Assembly: GCA_963743545.1 (NCBI GenBank)
Contig: CAVUQB010000005.1
Coordinates: forward strand, 998,723-1,062,722
Direction of reading: 5' to 3'
DNA length: 64,000 bases
Source: an uncultured Actinomycetes bacterium
GTDB taxonomy: Bacteria; Actinomycetota; Thermoleophilia; Gaiellales; Gaiellaceae
Shown: piece by piece, positions 50,839-59,260 of the stretch
How positions within the stretch are numbered: position 1 is the stretch's first letter
How the letters are laid out: each line of letters starts with the position of its first letter
Program-made: the position numbers and the translations under genes
Notes under the pieces: generated by a model
Databases searched by the model: none
Seen by the model: the letters and a program-made list of their open reading frames with translations, nothing else
Told to the model about the DNA's origin: nothing

Positions 50839-51755
50839 GCACCTCGCGGGCGCTGCCGACGGTGACGCACCTCGACGAGCTCGAGTCGGAGGCCGTCCAC
50901 ATCTTCCGCGAGGTCGCGGCCGAGCTCGAGCGGCCGGTGCTGCTCTTCTCCGGCGGCAAGGACTCGATCGTCCTGCTGCGGCTCGCCGAGAAGGCGTTCA
51001 GGCCCGGCAAGTTCCCGTTCCCGATCATGCACATCGACACCGGGCACAACTTCCCGGAGGCGATCGAGTACCGCGACCGGCGCGTCGCCGCGCTCGGCGA
51101 GCGTCTCGTGGTCGCGTCGGTGCAGGAGTCGATCGACAAGGGTCGCGTAGTGGAGGAGACAGGCCCGCGCGCGTCGCGCAACCGGCTGCAGACGACGACG
51201 CTGCTCGATGCGATCGAGGAGCACGGCTTCGACGCGGCGATCGGCGGCGCCCGGCGCGACGAGGAGCGCAGCCGCGCGAAGGAGCGGATCTTCTCCTTCC
51301 GCGACGACTTCGGCCAGTGGAACCCGCGTGTGCAGCGGCCCGAGCTCTGGAACCTTTACAACGCACGCGTCCGCAAGGGCGAGCACGTCCGCGCCTTCCC
51401 GATCTCGAACTGGACCGAGCTCGACGTCTGGCAGTACGTCGCGCGCGAGCAGCTCGAGCTGCCGCTCATCTACTTCGCCCACGAGCGCGAGGTGTTCCGC
51501 CGCGACGGGATGCTCTACGCGGCCTCGGAGTACGTCGAGCGCATGGAGGGCGAGGATCCGTTCACGACCTCGGTCCGCTTCCGCACCGTCGGCGACATGA
51601 CCTGCACCGGCGGCGTCGAGTCGCACGCGGCGACGATCGACGCGGTCGTGGAGGAGATCGCGGCCACCCGCGTCACCGAGCGCGGCGAGACGCGGGCCGA
51701 CGACCGCTTCAGCGAGGCCGCGATGGAAGATCGGAAGCGCGTTGGCTATTTCTGA
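50835..51755 (+). CDS. cysD: sulfate adenylyltransferase subunit 2
   Basis: LDELESEAVHIFREV ... LLFSGGKDSIVLL.LA.KAF.PGK.PFP..HIDTGHNFPE ... typical CysD. GTGA overlap with cysC. Confidence 0.92.
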   Translation: MSTSRALPTVTHLDELESEAVHIFREVAAELERPVLLFSGGKDSIVLLRLAEKAFRPGKFPFPIMHIDTGHNFPEAIEYRDRRVAALGERLVVASVQESIDKGRVVEETGPRASRNRLQTTTLLDAIEEHGFDAAIGGARRDEERSRAKERIFSFRDDFGQWNPRVQRPELWNLYNARVRKGEHVRAFPISNWTELDVWQYVAREQLELPLIYFAHEREVFRRDGMLYAASEYVERMEGEDPFTTSVRFRTVGDMTCTGGVESHAATIDAVVEEIAATRVTERGETRADDRFSEAAMEDRKRVGYF

Positions 51756-53007
51756 GGCGGCCCAGCGCACCGAGTTGCTCCGCCTCGTCACGTGCGGCTC
51801 CGTCGACGACGGCAAGTCGACGCTGATCGGGCGGCTGCTCTACGACACGAAGCAGATCTTCGTCGACCAGCTCGAGCACATCGAGGACGTCTCGCGCCGC
51901 CGCGGCAACGAGTACGTCGATCTCGCGCTGCTCACCGACGGCCTGCGCGCCGAGCGCGAGCAGGGGATCACGATCGACGTCGCGTACCGCTCGTTCGTCA
52001 CGCCGCGGCGCCGCTTCCAGCTCGCCGACGCGCCGGGCCACGTCCAGTACACGCGGAACATGGTCACGGGCGCCTCGACCGCCGACCTCGGGATCGTGCT
52101 CGTCGACGCCCGCCAGGGCGTGGTCGAGCAGACCCGCCGCCACGCGTACATCCTCTCGATCCTCCGCGTTCCGCACGCGGTGGTCGCCGTGAACAAGATG
52201 GATCTCGTCGACTGGTCGCAGGAGCGGTTCGACGAGATCTCCGCCCACCTCGACGAGCTCGGGCTGCCGGATCTCGTCGTGATCCCGATCTCGGCGCTGC
52301 AGGGCGACAACGTCGTCGACCCCTCCGGGAACATGCCGTGGTACGACGGGCCGGTCCTGCTCGACCATCTCGAGGCGGTGGAGATCGCCTCCGACCGCGA
52401 CCTCGACAGCCGGCGCTTCCCCGTGCAGTGGGTGATCCGGCCGATGTCGGACGAGCATCACGACTTTCGCGGCTACGGCGGCCAGGTCGCGGGCGGGGTG
52501 TGGGCTGCCGGCGACGAGGTCGTCGTCCTGCCGACCGGCTTGCGGACGCAGGTCGAGGCGGTCGAGACCATCGACGGGCCGCTCGAGGCGGCGATCCCGC
52601 CGCTGTCCGTGACGATCAGGCTCGCGGACGACCTCGACGTCTCGCGCGGCGACATGCTCGCCGACCCCGCGAATCCCCCGACGGTCGCGCGCGAGCTCGA
52701 GGCGCGCATCTGCTGGATGAGCGAGCGGCCGCTCGAGCCGGGGATGCGGCTCGCGGTGAAGCAGACGAGCCGCTCGGTGCGCGCCGTCGCCGACGAGCTC
52801 GTCTCGCGTATCGACGTCCACACGCTCGACGACGTGCCGGCGCCGGAGCGGCTCGAGCTCAACGACATCGGCGTCGTGCGGCTGCGGCTCTCCGAGCCGC
52901 TGTGCGTCGATCCCTACGAGGAGAACCGCACGACCGGCGCGTTCGTGGTGATCGACGAGGCGACGAACGAGACCGTCGGCGCCGGGATGGTTCTCTCGAC
53001 GTCGTGA
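51742..53007 (+). CDS. cysN: sulfate adenylyltransferase subunit 1 (GTPase), not fused to APS kinase
   Basis: LLRLVTCGSVDDGKSTLIGRLL ... DGL.AEREQGITIDVAYR.F ... DAPGH ... NKMDLV. 421 aa. Confidence 0.9.
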   Translation: MAISEAAQRTELLRLVTCGSVDDGKSTLIGRLLYDTKQIFVDQLEHIEDVSRRRGNEYVDLALLTDGLRAEREQGITIDVAYRSFVTPRRRFQLADAPGHVQYTRNMVTGASTADLGIVLVDARQGVVEQTRRHAYILSILRVPHAVVAVNKMDLVDWSQERFDEISAHLDELGLPDLVVIPISALQGDNVVDPSGNMPWYDGPVLLDHLEAVEIASDRDLDSRRFPVQWVIRPMSDEHHDFRGYGGQVAGGVWAAGDEVVVLPTGLRTQVEAVETIDGPLEAAIPPLSVTIRLADDLDVSRGDMLADPANPPTVARELEARICWMSERPLEPGMRLAVKQTSRSVRAVADELVSRIDVHTLDDVPAPERLELNDIGVVRLRLSEPLCVDPYEENRTTGAFVVIDEATNETVGAGMVLSTS

Positions 53008-53891
53008 CCTGGCAGTTCACGCTGACCGGTCTCGGTCTGGGCCTGATCGTCGGCCTCACCGGCGTGGGTGGCGGCTCGCTGATGACGCCGATCCTGATCA
53101 TCGTCTTCGGCTTCAAGCCGAGCTATGCGGTCGGGACGGACATCTTCCACGGCGCGATCTTCAAGTCGTTCGGCGCGGTGCGCCACCGGCGGCTCGGCAC
53201 GGTGCACAGCCATCTCGCGCTGTGGCTCTTCGCGGGTTCCGGCCCGTTTGCCGCCGCCGGCGTCGCGGTCTCGTACCTGCTCCGGAACTCGATCAGCAAC
53301 GCGCAGACGCTGCTCGGCTACGCGATCGGCGTGGCGCTCATCTTCGGCGGCGCCGGCTTCCTCGCCAAGTCGTTCGTGAAGGGGGGAGTCCAGCCGAGCG
53401 AGGGGCCGTTCATCATGAGCCGCCGCGACAAGCTGCTCGCGCTCGGCACCGGCGCGGTGTTCGGCTTCATCGTCGGGATCACGTCGGTCGGCAGCGGCAC
53501 GTACTTCGGGCTGATGATGGTGCTCGCCTACCCGCTCGTGATGCCGCGAATCGTCGGCACGGACATCTTCCACGCTGCCGCGCTCCTCTGGGTCGCCGGC
53601 GTCGGGCACCTGATCATCGGTGACGTCGACCTGCACGCGACCGCCTGGCTGCTGCTCGGCTCGGTGCCGGGGATCCTGATCTCGAGCCGCTACACCGTGA
53701 AGGTGCCGGACATGACGATCCGGGGCGGTCTCGCGGGGATCCTCATCCTCAGCGGCCTCAAGCTCCTCAACGTGCCCGAGGCGAACTGGGTGCTCGGCTG
53801 TGGGCTCGTCCTGATGCTCGTCGTCCTCACGATCTACACGGTGCGCGTGATGCTGAGTGAGAAGCCGCGCGCGACCCCCAGCAGCGCCTGA
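53004..53891 (+). CDS. TauE/SafE family sulfite/organosulfonate exporter
   Basis: GLIVGLTGVGGGSLMTPILI ... AVGTDIF ... second half ITSVGSGTYFGLMMVL ... VGTDIF. This is the duplicated 4-TM TauE pattern. GTGA overlap with cysN. Confidence 0.8.
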   Translation: MTWQFTLTGLGLGLIVGLTGVGGGSLMTPILIIVFGFKPSYAVGTDIFHGAIFKSFGAVRHRRLGTVHSHLALWLFAGSGPFAAAGVAVSYLLRNSISNAQTLLGYAIGVALIFGGAGFLAKSFVKGGVQPSEGPFIMSRRDKLLALGTGAVFGFIVGITSVGSGTYFGLMMVLAYPLVMPRIVGTDIFHAAALLWVAGVGHLIIGDVDLHATAWLLLGSVPGILISSRYTVKVPDMTIRGGLAGILILSGLKLLNVPEANWVLGCGLVLMLVVLTIYTVRVMLSEKPRATPSSA

Positions 53892-53937
53892 CCTCTCTTC
53901 GACTTCGTTAACGCGGCGCCCGTAGAATCGGCGGGCT

Positions 53938-54858
53938 TTGCAGCGGGTGCTCACGACGGTCACGCTCCTGGGCCTGCTGGTGGCCACTGCAGCCGCCTTC
54001 GCGATCACCGAGCACCTGAAGCTCGAGAAGAGCCCCGTCGCGATCGGGCAGATCTCGAGCGTGTTGTCTCCGGTCTGTGACTGCCCGACGGCGAAGGCGA
54101 CCGTCCGGTTCAAGCTGCGCCGGACGGGCCGTGTGACGGTGGTCGTCGTGGACGCGGACGGCCACAAGGTCGCGACCATCGCGCCGAACGTGCTCGCGCG
54201 CGCCCACAGCCCGCAGCACCCCGAGTGGGACGGCCGCACCGAGGCCGGCAGCCAGGCTCCGGACGGCGTCTACTACCCCTGGATCCAGCTCCCGCGCCGC
54301 ACGTTCCGGCTGAACAACAAGATCGTCCTCGACACCGTGCCGCCGAGGGTGCTCTACCGCCACGGCCTCAAGCCGGTCCTGCTCGCGGGGCCGGGCCGTT
54401 CGGTTGCGATCCGCTACGGCTTCAGCGAGAAGGCGCACGCGCTGGTCTACCTCGATGGCCGGCGGATCATCGTCGGTCGCAAGACCGCGCCGCAGGCCAA
54501 GATCAAGTGGAACGGGAAGCTCGACGGCGAGCCGGTTCGCGCAGGCACGCACGTACTCTCGGTCGGCGCGCAAGACCTCGCCGGCAACGAGACGCCGGCC
54601 GCCAAGCGCAAGACCGTGACGGTCGACGTCCGCTACTTCGAGCTCACTCCCGAGCAGATCACCGTCGGCAGCGGCGGTCGGATCAGGGTTCACGTCACGA
54701 CGACCGAGCGGCGCTACAAGTGGCGTCTCGGGCAACGGCACGGCGAGCGGCGCAGGAGGGTGCTGCGGCTGCGGGCGCCGTCGACTCCGGGCACGTATCG
54801 CCTGGTGGTGGGCGAGGGCGGACAGAGCGCGACGGCCGTGATCCGGGTGCACCAATGA
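53938..54858 (+). CDS. hypothetical N-terminally anchored/secreted protein with FlgD-Ig-like domains
   Basis: VLTTVTLLGLLVATAAAFAI. VTVVVVDADGHKVATI...EWDGRTEAGSQAPDGVYY and GTHVLSVGAQDLAGNE are Ig-like patterns. Confidence 0.55.
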   Translation: MQRVLTTVTLLGLLVATAAAFAITEHLKLEKSPVAIGQISSVLSPVCDCPTAKATVRFKLRRTGRVTVVVVDADGHKVATIAPNVLARAHSPQHPEWDGRTEAGSQAPDGVYYPWIQLPRRTFRLNNKIVLDTVPPRVLYRHGLKPVLLAGPGRSVAIRYGFSEKAHALVYLDGRRIIVGRKTAPQAKIKWNGKLDGEPVRAGTHVLSVGAQDLAGNETPAAKRKTVTVDVRYFELTPEQITVGSGGRIRVHVTTTERRYKWRLGQRHGERRRRVLRLRAPSTPGTYRLVVGEGGQSATAVIRVHQ

Positions 54859-56324
54859 CCGGGCTCGCCGAGCTTGCAGGCCCGATCGCGTGCATCGGCC
54901 TCGCGGTGCTGCTGCTCGCGCGCACGCGCCGGAACCGGATCGCAGGGCTCTGCTACGCCGGAGTCGGCACCGTGCTGCTCGCGGTGTCCCTCGCTCCGTC
55001 AGACGCCGGCGAGCTCGGGGTGGCCGTCGCAGGGGTGATCGTGCTCGGCCCCCTCCTCGCCTGGCTCTTCCGCCGCGAGCCCTGGCTCGTCGCGTACGCC
55101 ACGCTCGCGTTCATCCCCCTCCGCATCGGCTTCCTCGGCCACTCGCTGCTCGTACCGCTGTACGCGGTCGCGCTCGGGGCCGCGGGGTTGCTGCTGTGGC
55201 AGCTCGTCGAGGGCGACGAGAGGACGCGCGAGCTCGGCATCGCCTCGTGGCCCCTCGCGCTCTACCTCGTCTGGATCGGGCTCTCGGTCGCGTGGAGCGT
55301 CAACGTCCACACCGCGGCAATCGACCTGCTCGCCTTCTACCTGCCGTTCACGGTCCTCGCGATCTCGATCGCGCGCCTGCCGTGGCGCGTGTCGCGGGTG
55401 CGGATCCTCTACGGCGAGCTCGTGGCGCTGGCGCTCGCCTTCGCGGTCGTCGGCTTCTACCAGTACGAGACCCGCACGATCTTCCAGAACGTGAAGCTGA
55501 AGCAGATCAACATCTTCAACGCCCTGTTCCGGGTCAACTCCGTCTTCTACGACCCGTCGATCTACGGCCGTTTCCTCGTCGTGGCGATGATCGCGACCGT
55601 CGTGCTGATCGTGCGCGGCCGGCTGTCCCTGCGCGCTGCTCTGGCCGCGCTCGCCTGCCTCGCCGTCCTCTGGCTCGGGCTGTTGATCTCGTTCTCCCAG
55701 TCGAGCTTCGCCGCGCTGCTCGTGGCGGTGTTCGCGCTCGCCGCCATCGTCTGGCGCTGGAAATCGCTCTTCGCGCTCGCCGCCGTCCTCCTCGTGGCCG
55801 CCGGCGTCGCCGTGGCTCAGCCGAAGATCGTCCACGCGCTGCGGCATCACACGGTCTCCGGCCTCAACAACGCGACGAGCGGGCGGGCGACCCTGATCGC
55901 GGTCGGAATCAAGATCGCCGAGGCGCATCCGTCGCGCGGCGTCGGCCTCGGCGGCTTCGAGCGTGCGTACTCGAGACGGACGGACAAGACGGCGAGGAAG
56001 AGTGCGTCGCACAACACGCCGGTGACGGTCGCCGCCGAGGAAGGCGTGCCGGGCCTCTTCTTCTTCTGCTGGCTCGTCGGGGCGCTGCTGCTCGCCGCGT
56101 TCCGGCGAAGGGACCACAACACCTACGGGAGGCTCGCGCTCGCGGCGGGGCTGGCATTGCTCGCGATCTTCGTCCACTCCCTCGCCTACAACGACTTCTT
56201 CGAGGATCCGACCACCTGGCTGCTGATCGGTCTGGTCGGGCTCGTCTCGCCGGTGCGTCTCCGCGCTCCCAAACCGCCACCGGCCGAGACGCCGGAGCCC
56301 GTGCCTGAGATGATCAGGCGATGA
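54855..56324 (+). CDS. O-antigen ligase / Wzy_C family membrane protein
   Basis: 489 aa with more than 10 TM segments. SFSQSSFAALLV ... RGVGLGGFERAY ... SHNTPVTVAAEEGVPG is the Wzy_C loop pattern. ATGA overlap with the upstream gene. Confidence 0.8.
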   Translation: MTGLAELAGPIACIGLAVLLLARTRRNRIAGLCYAGVGTVLLAVSLAPSDAGELGVAVAGVIVLGPLLAWLFRREPWLVAYATLAFIPLRIGFLGHSLLVPLYAVALGAAGLLLWQLVEGDERTRELGIASWPLALYLVWIGLSVAWSVNVHTAAIDLLAFYLPFTVLAISIARLPWRVSRVRILYGELVALALAFAVVGFYQYETRTIFQNVKLKQINIFNALFRVNSVFYDPSIYGRFLVVAMIATVVLIVRGRLSLRAALAALACLAVLWLGLLISFSQSSFAALLVAVFALAAIVWRWKSLFALAAVLLVAAGVAVAQPKIVHALRHHTVSGLNNATSGRATLIAVGIKIAEAHPSRGVGLGGFERAYSRRTDKTARKSASHNTPVTVAAEEGVPGLFFFCWLVGALLLAAFRRRDHNTYGRLALAAGLALLAIFVHSLAYNDFFEDPTTWLLIGLVGLVSPVRLRAPKPPPAETPEPVPEMIRR

Positions 56325-56956
56325 TCGAGCAGTGGCGGAAGGCGCTCGTCCTCGCGCCGCACACCGACGACGGCGAGTTCGGGTGCGGCGGGACGATGGC
56401 GCGCCTCGTCGAGGCAGGTTGCGACGTTCGCTACGTCGCGTTCTCGATCGCGACGCGCTCGCTGCCGCCGGGCTTCCCGCCCGACACGCTCGCGCGCGAG
56501 GTCGCCGAGGCCACGTCCGAGCTCGGGATCCCCGCCGAGTCGCTGACGGTGCACGACTTCGACGTCCGCACCTTCCCCGAGCGGCGGCAGGACATCCTCG
56601 AGCTGCTCGTCGCGCTCTGGGAGGAGTGGGCGCCGGACGTGGTCTTCCAGCCGAGCCTCCACGACGTCCACCAGGACCACCGCACCGTCGCCGAGGAGGG
56701 CCTCCGTGCCTTCAAGCGCACCACGATCCTCGGCTACGAGATCCCGTGGAACAACTTCGACTTCGAGTACCAGTGGTACGTCGCGCTCGAGCAGCGGCAC
56801 ATCGACCTGAAGGTCGCCGCGCTCGAGAAGTACGCCTCGCAGCACCATCGCCGCTACGCGAACGCCGACTACGTCCGCAACCTCGCCCGGATGCACGGCG
56901 TCAACGTGAACCGCGAGCACGCCGAGGTCTTCCAGGTCTACCGCGTCGTCGCCTGA
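56321..56956 (+). CDS. PIG-L/LmbE family N-acetylglucosaminyl deacetylase
   Basis: LVLAPHTDDGEFGCGGTMARL ... HQDH. ATGA overlap with the Wzy_C gene. Confidence 0.85.
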   Translation: MIEQWRKALVLAPHTDDGEFGCGGTMARLVEAGCDVRYVAFSIATRSLPPGFPPDTLAREVAEATSELGIPAESLTVHDFDVRTFPERRQDILELLVALWEEWAPDVVFQPSLHDVHQDHRTVAEEGLRAFKRTTILGYEIPWNNFDFEYQWYVALEQRHIDLKVAALEKYASQHHRRYANADYVRNLARMHGVNVNREHAEVFQVYRVVA

Positions 56957-56968
56957 GAGAGAGGCGAC

Positions 56969-57888
56969 TCAGGCCAGCGGGGTGAGCGCCTTGCGGCCGC
57001 GCCCGACCAGGCGAGGGAGCGAGCGCCACGTGTGCGGGTGCTCGGCGACCACGAGCAGGAGGAGCGGCAACGAGCGCACGGTCCGGCGGTAGGAGAGACC
57101 GCGCTCGAACGAGATCTGCTCGATCCGACGCTGCCGGCGCAGCTCTCTCCGTGCGATCCGCCGCTCGCGAACCGAGAGGTTGCCGCGCTCCAGCGCCCGG
57201 CGGTACGTGCTCTGGGTGTACCGCGCCATCACTCCCACGTCGCTCGACCACGACGTCGCGCGGACGCGATGCACGGCGAGCACCTCGCGCGTCGCCACCA
57301 CCCGGTAGCCGGCCTCGACGATCCTGATCCAGAGGTCGAAGTCCTGGGCGCGGGACAGGTCGGGGCAGAAGCCACCGATCTCCTCGACGACGCGGCGCGG
57401 CGCGGCGCGAGCGCGCTGCCGAAGATGGGGTTGGAGCGCAGGAGCCGCCGGAGACCGACGTTGCGCGGGAAGCGGACGACGTCCATGTGGGTCTCCGGAC
57501 GCTTGTCGTTGTTCCGGAGCAGCGACGCGTTGCACGCGACGATTCCCACGTCGCCGTTCGCCGCGTTGGCCGAGTCGTAGAGCGCCACCTGGCGCTCGAG
57601 ATAGACCGGAAGCCAGTAGTCGTCGGAGTCGAGGAACGCGAGCAGCTCCCCGCTCGAGTGCGCGATCGCGAGATTCCGGGCCACCGCCGGCCCGGAGTTG
57701 GTCTCGGTGCGCACAAGCGTGATCCGGTCGCCAAGGCTCCGAACGCGCTCGGCAGTCGCGTCCGTCGAGCAGTCGTCGCAGACGACGATCTCCCAGTCGT
57801 CGGACGTCTGGCCGAGCACCGAGCGCAGCGCTTGCTCGATGTACTCCTCGGCGTTGAAGGCGGGGATGATGACGCTGACGCGGGGCAC
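56969..57888 (-). pseudogene. family 2 glycosyltransferase, frameshifted by one extra pentanucleotide repeat unit
   Basis: The N-terminal part is in ORF 57229..57888 (VSVIIPAFNAEEYI...VCDDCSTD...FLDSDDYW...NPIFGSALAPRR). The C-terminal part is in the frame of ORF 56969..57535 (VVEEIGGFCPDLSRAQDFDLWIRIVEAGY...). The frames switch inside (CGCGG)3 at 57391-57405. Confidence 0.8.
57391..57409. repeat. pentanucleotide tract (CGCGG)x3 plus a partial unit inside the GT2 gene
   Basis: cgcgg cgcgg cgcgg cgcg, read directly. Removing one unit restores ...FGSALAPRRVVEEIGGF... Confidence 0.9.
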
Positions 57889-57956
57889 CGACGTAGCCCT
57901 TGAGGCTAGACGGCCGACGACCGGCGTGCCTCAGGGGACTTCAGTCGTAGTCCGTT

Positions 57957-58307
57957 GTGGCCGATACCTCGTGGATGCTTCGCGTCATCGGCTTGCCGGC
58001 GCTGCTCATCACGCTCCTGATCGGCGCGTACCTCTCCGTGAAGGACATGCAGTCCGAGGGTCCGACCTCCCCCGCCGGCCGGCAGGAGATCGCGCAGGCG
58101 CAGTCCGCGACGGCCGGCTTGAACTTCAACCAGGCCGTGCCGGGGCTGCAGGCGTACTTCGACCAGTACCACACCTATGTCGGCGCGACGCTCCCGCTCG
58201 GCAGCGGCGTCGTCCTCGCGAGCGCCACCCCGACCTCGTATTGCCTGCAGGACGGGAACGAGCACGAGCTCGGCCCCGGCGGCACGGCTCAGCCCGGCCC
58301 CTGCTAG
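57957..58307 (+). CDS. hypothetical small membrane-anchored protein, vaguely pilin-like C-terminal region
   Basis: MLRVIGLPALLITLLIGAYL anchor. QAVPGLQAYFDQYHTYVGATL...TSYCLQ resembles the alpha-beta core of type IV pilin-like proteins, but there is no G-F-T-L-I-E prepilin motif. Confidence 0.4.
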   Translation: MADTSWMLRVIGLPALLITLLIGAYLSVKDMQSEGPTSPAGRQEIAQAQSATAGLNFNQAVPGLQAYFDQYHTYVGATLPLGSGVVLASATPTSYCLQDGNEHELGPGGTAQPGPC

Positions 58308-59260
58308 CCCAGTGGCGGGTGTGAGCGCGGCCAGAGCGGCGAGCGCTGGTACGCGGCGGCCGTCGTGTTCCAGCTGCGGCTGAGCGCGGCGAAGCGCGCG
58401 AGTTCGCGCCTGCCTCGCGAGGTGGGGTAGCGGAGGTCCGGCTGGAGGAGCTCGTAGCCGGCGCTGGCCAGGACGTCGCCAGCCACCTCCTCGAAGGCGA
58501 GGGCGTCCTCGCGGCTCATCTGGCTGCGCCAGTCACGGAGGCCAGGAGTCGGCGGCTGGGCGAGGTTGCGGTGCTCGGGCATGTGCGCCGTGTCGCTCGG
58601 GCGCGTGTGGTCGAGCATGCCCGGCTCCCAGGGCAACGACGCGTGCTCGCAGATCCGGCGGAGTTCCTGCTCGGGACTCGCGACGAGATCCTCGTAACGC
58701 AGCTCGAGATAGCGGCCGCCCGCGTGCTCACCGAGCCGCCGCGCCGCCAGGATCTCCGTCCGCCACCGCGCTGCGAACTGCGGGACCGTGTGCGGCAGCG
58801 CCCACGTCTTGCCCGAGAAGCCCGCCGGCAGCTCGAGGAAGGAGAGCGCCGCGTCGCGACCGTCGCGCACGAGGTGCACCCAGATCGCGTCCGGAAAGAG
58901 CCGCTCGAGCAGCGGCAGCTGCTGCATGTACAGAGGCGTCTTGTCGCCCCAGCGCGTCTTCCCCTGCCGCTCCGCGTACGTCTCGAAGATCGCGCTGATC
59001 GCCTCGCTCGTCGTCATCCCCTCGCGCAGGCGCGGGCGGACGTCGTCCGGCGTGATCCCCCAGTCGTAGAGCGTCCGCAGGCGCCCGAGGTCGTCGAGGA
59101 AGGCGTCGAGCTTCGGCTTGCTGCCGTGGCGATGGGCGAGCTGCGGGACGAAGAACGTCTCGTACGGGATCGCGAGCGTCGAGCTCCGGTCGAGCATCAC
59201 GCGCAGCAGCGTCGTGCCCGAGCGGCCGACGCCGAGGATGATCACGGGCGGCTCACTCAC
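58304..59260 (-). CDS. PAPS-dependent sulfotransferase family protein
   Basis: GTG 59260 (GTGA overlap with the LLM gene stop). [15 protein letters not shown] (5'-PSB loop) and [14 protein letters not shown] (3'-PB motif). Confidence 0.8.
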   Translation of the reverse strand: MSEPPVIILGVGRSGTTLLRVMLDRSSTLAIPYETFFVPQLAHRHGSKPKLDAFLDDLGRLRTLYDWGITPDDVRPRLREGMTTSEAISAIFETYAERQGKTRWGDKTPLYMQQLPLLERLFPDAIWVHLVRDGRDAALSFLELPAGFSGKTWALPHTVPQFAARWRTEILAARRLGEHAGGRYLELRYEDLVASPEQELRRICEHASLPWEPGMLDHTRPSDTAHMPEHRNLAQPPTPGLRDWRSQMSREDALAFEEVAGDVLASAGYELLQPDLRYPTSRGRRELARFAALSRSWNTTAAAYQRSPLWPRSHPPLG

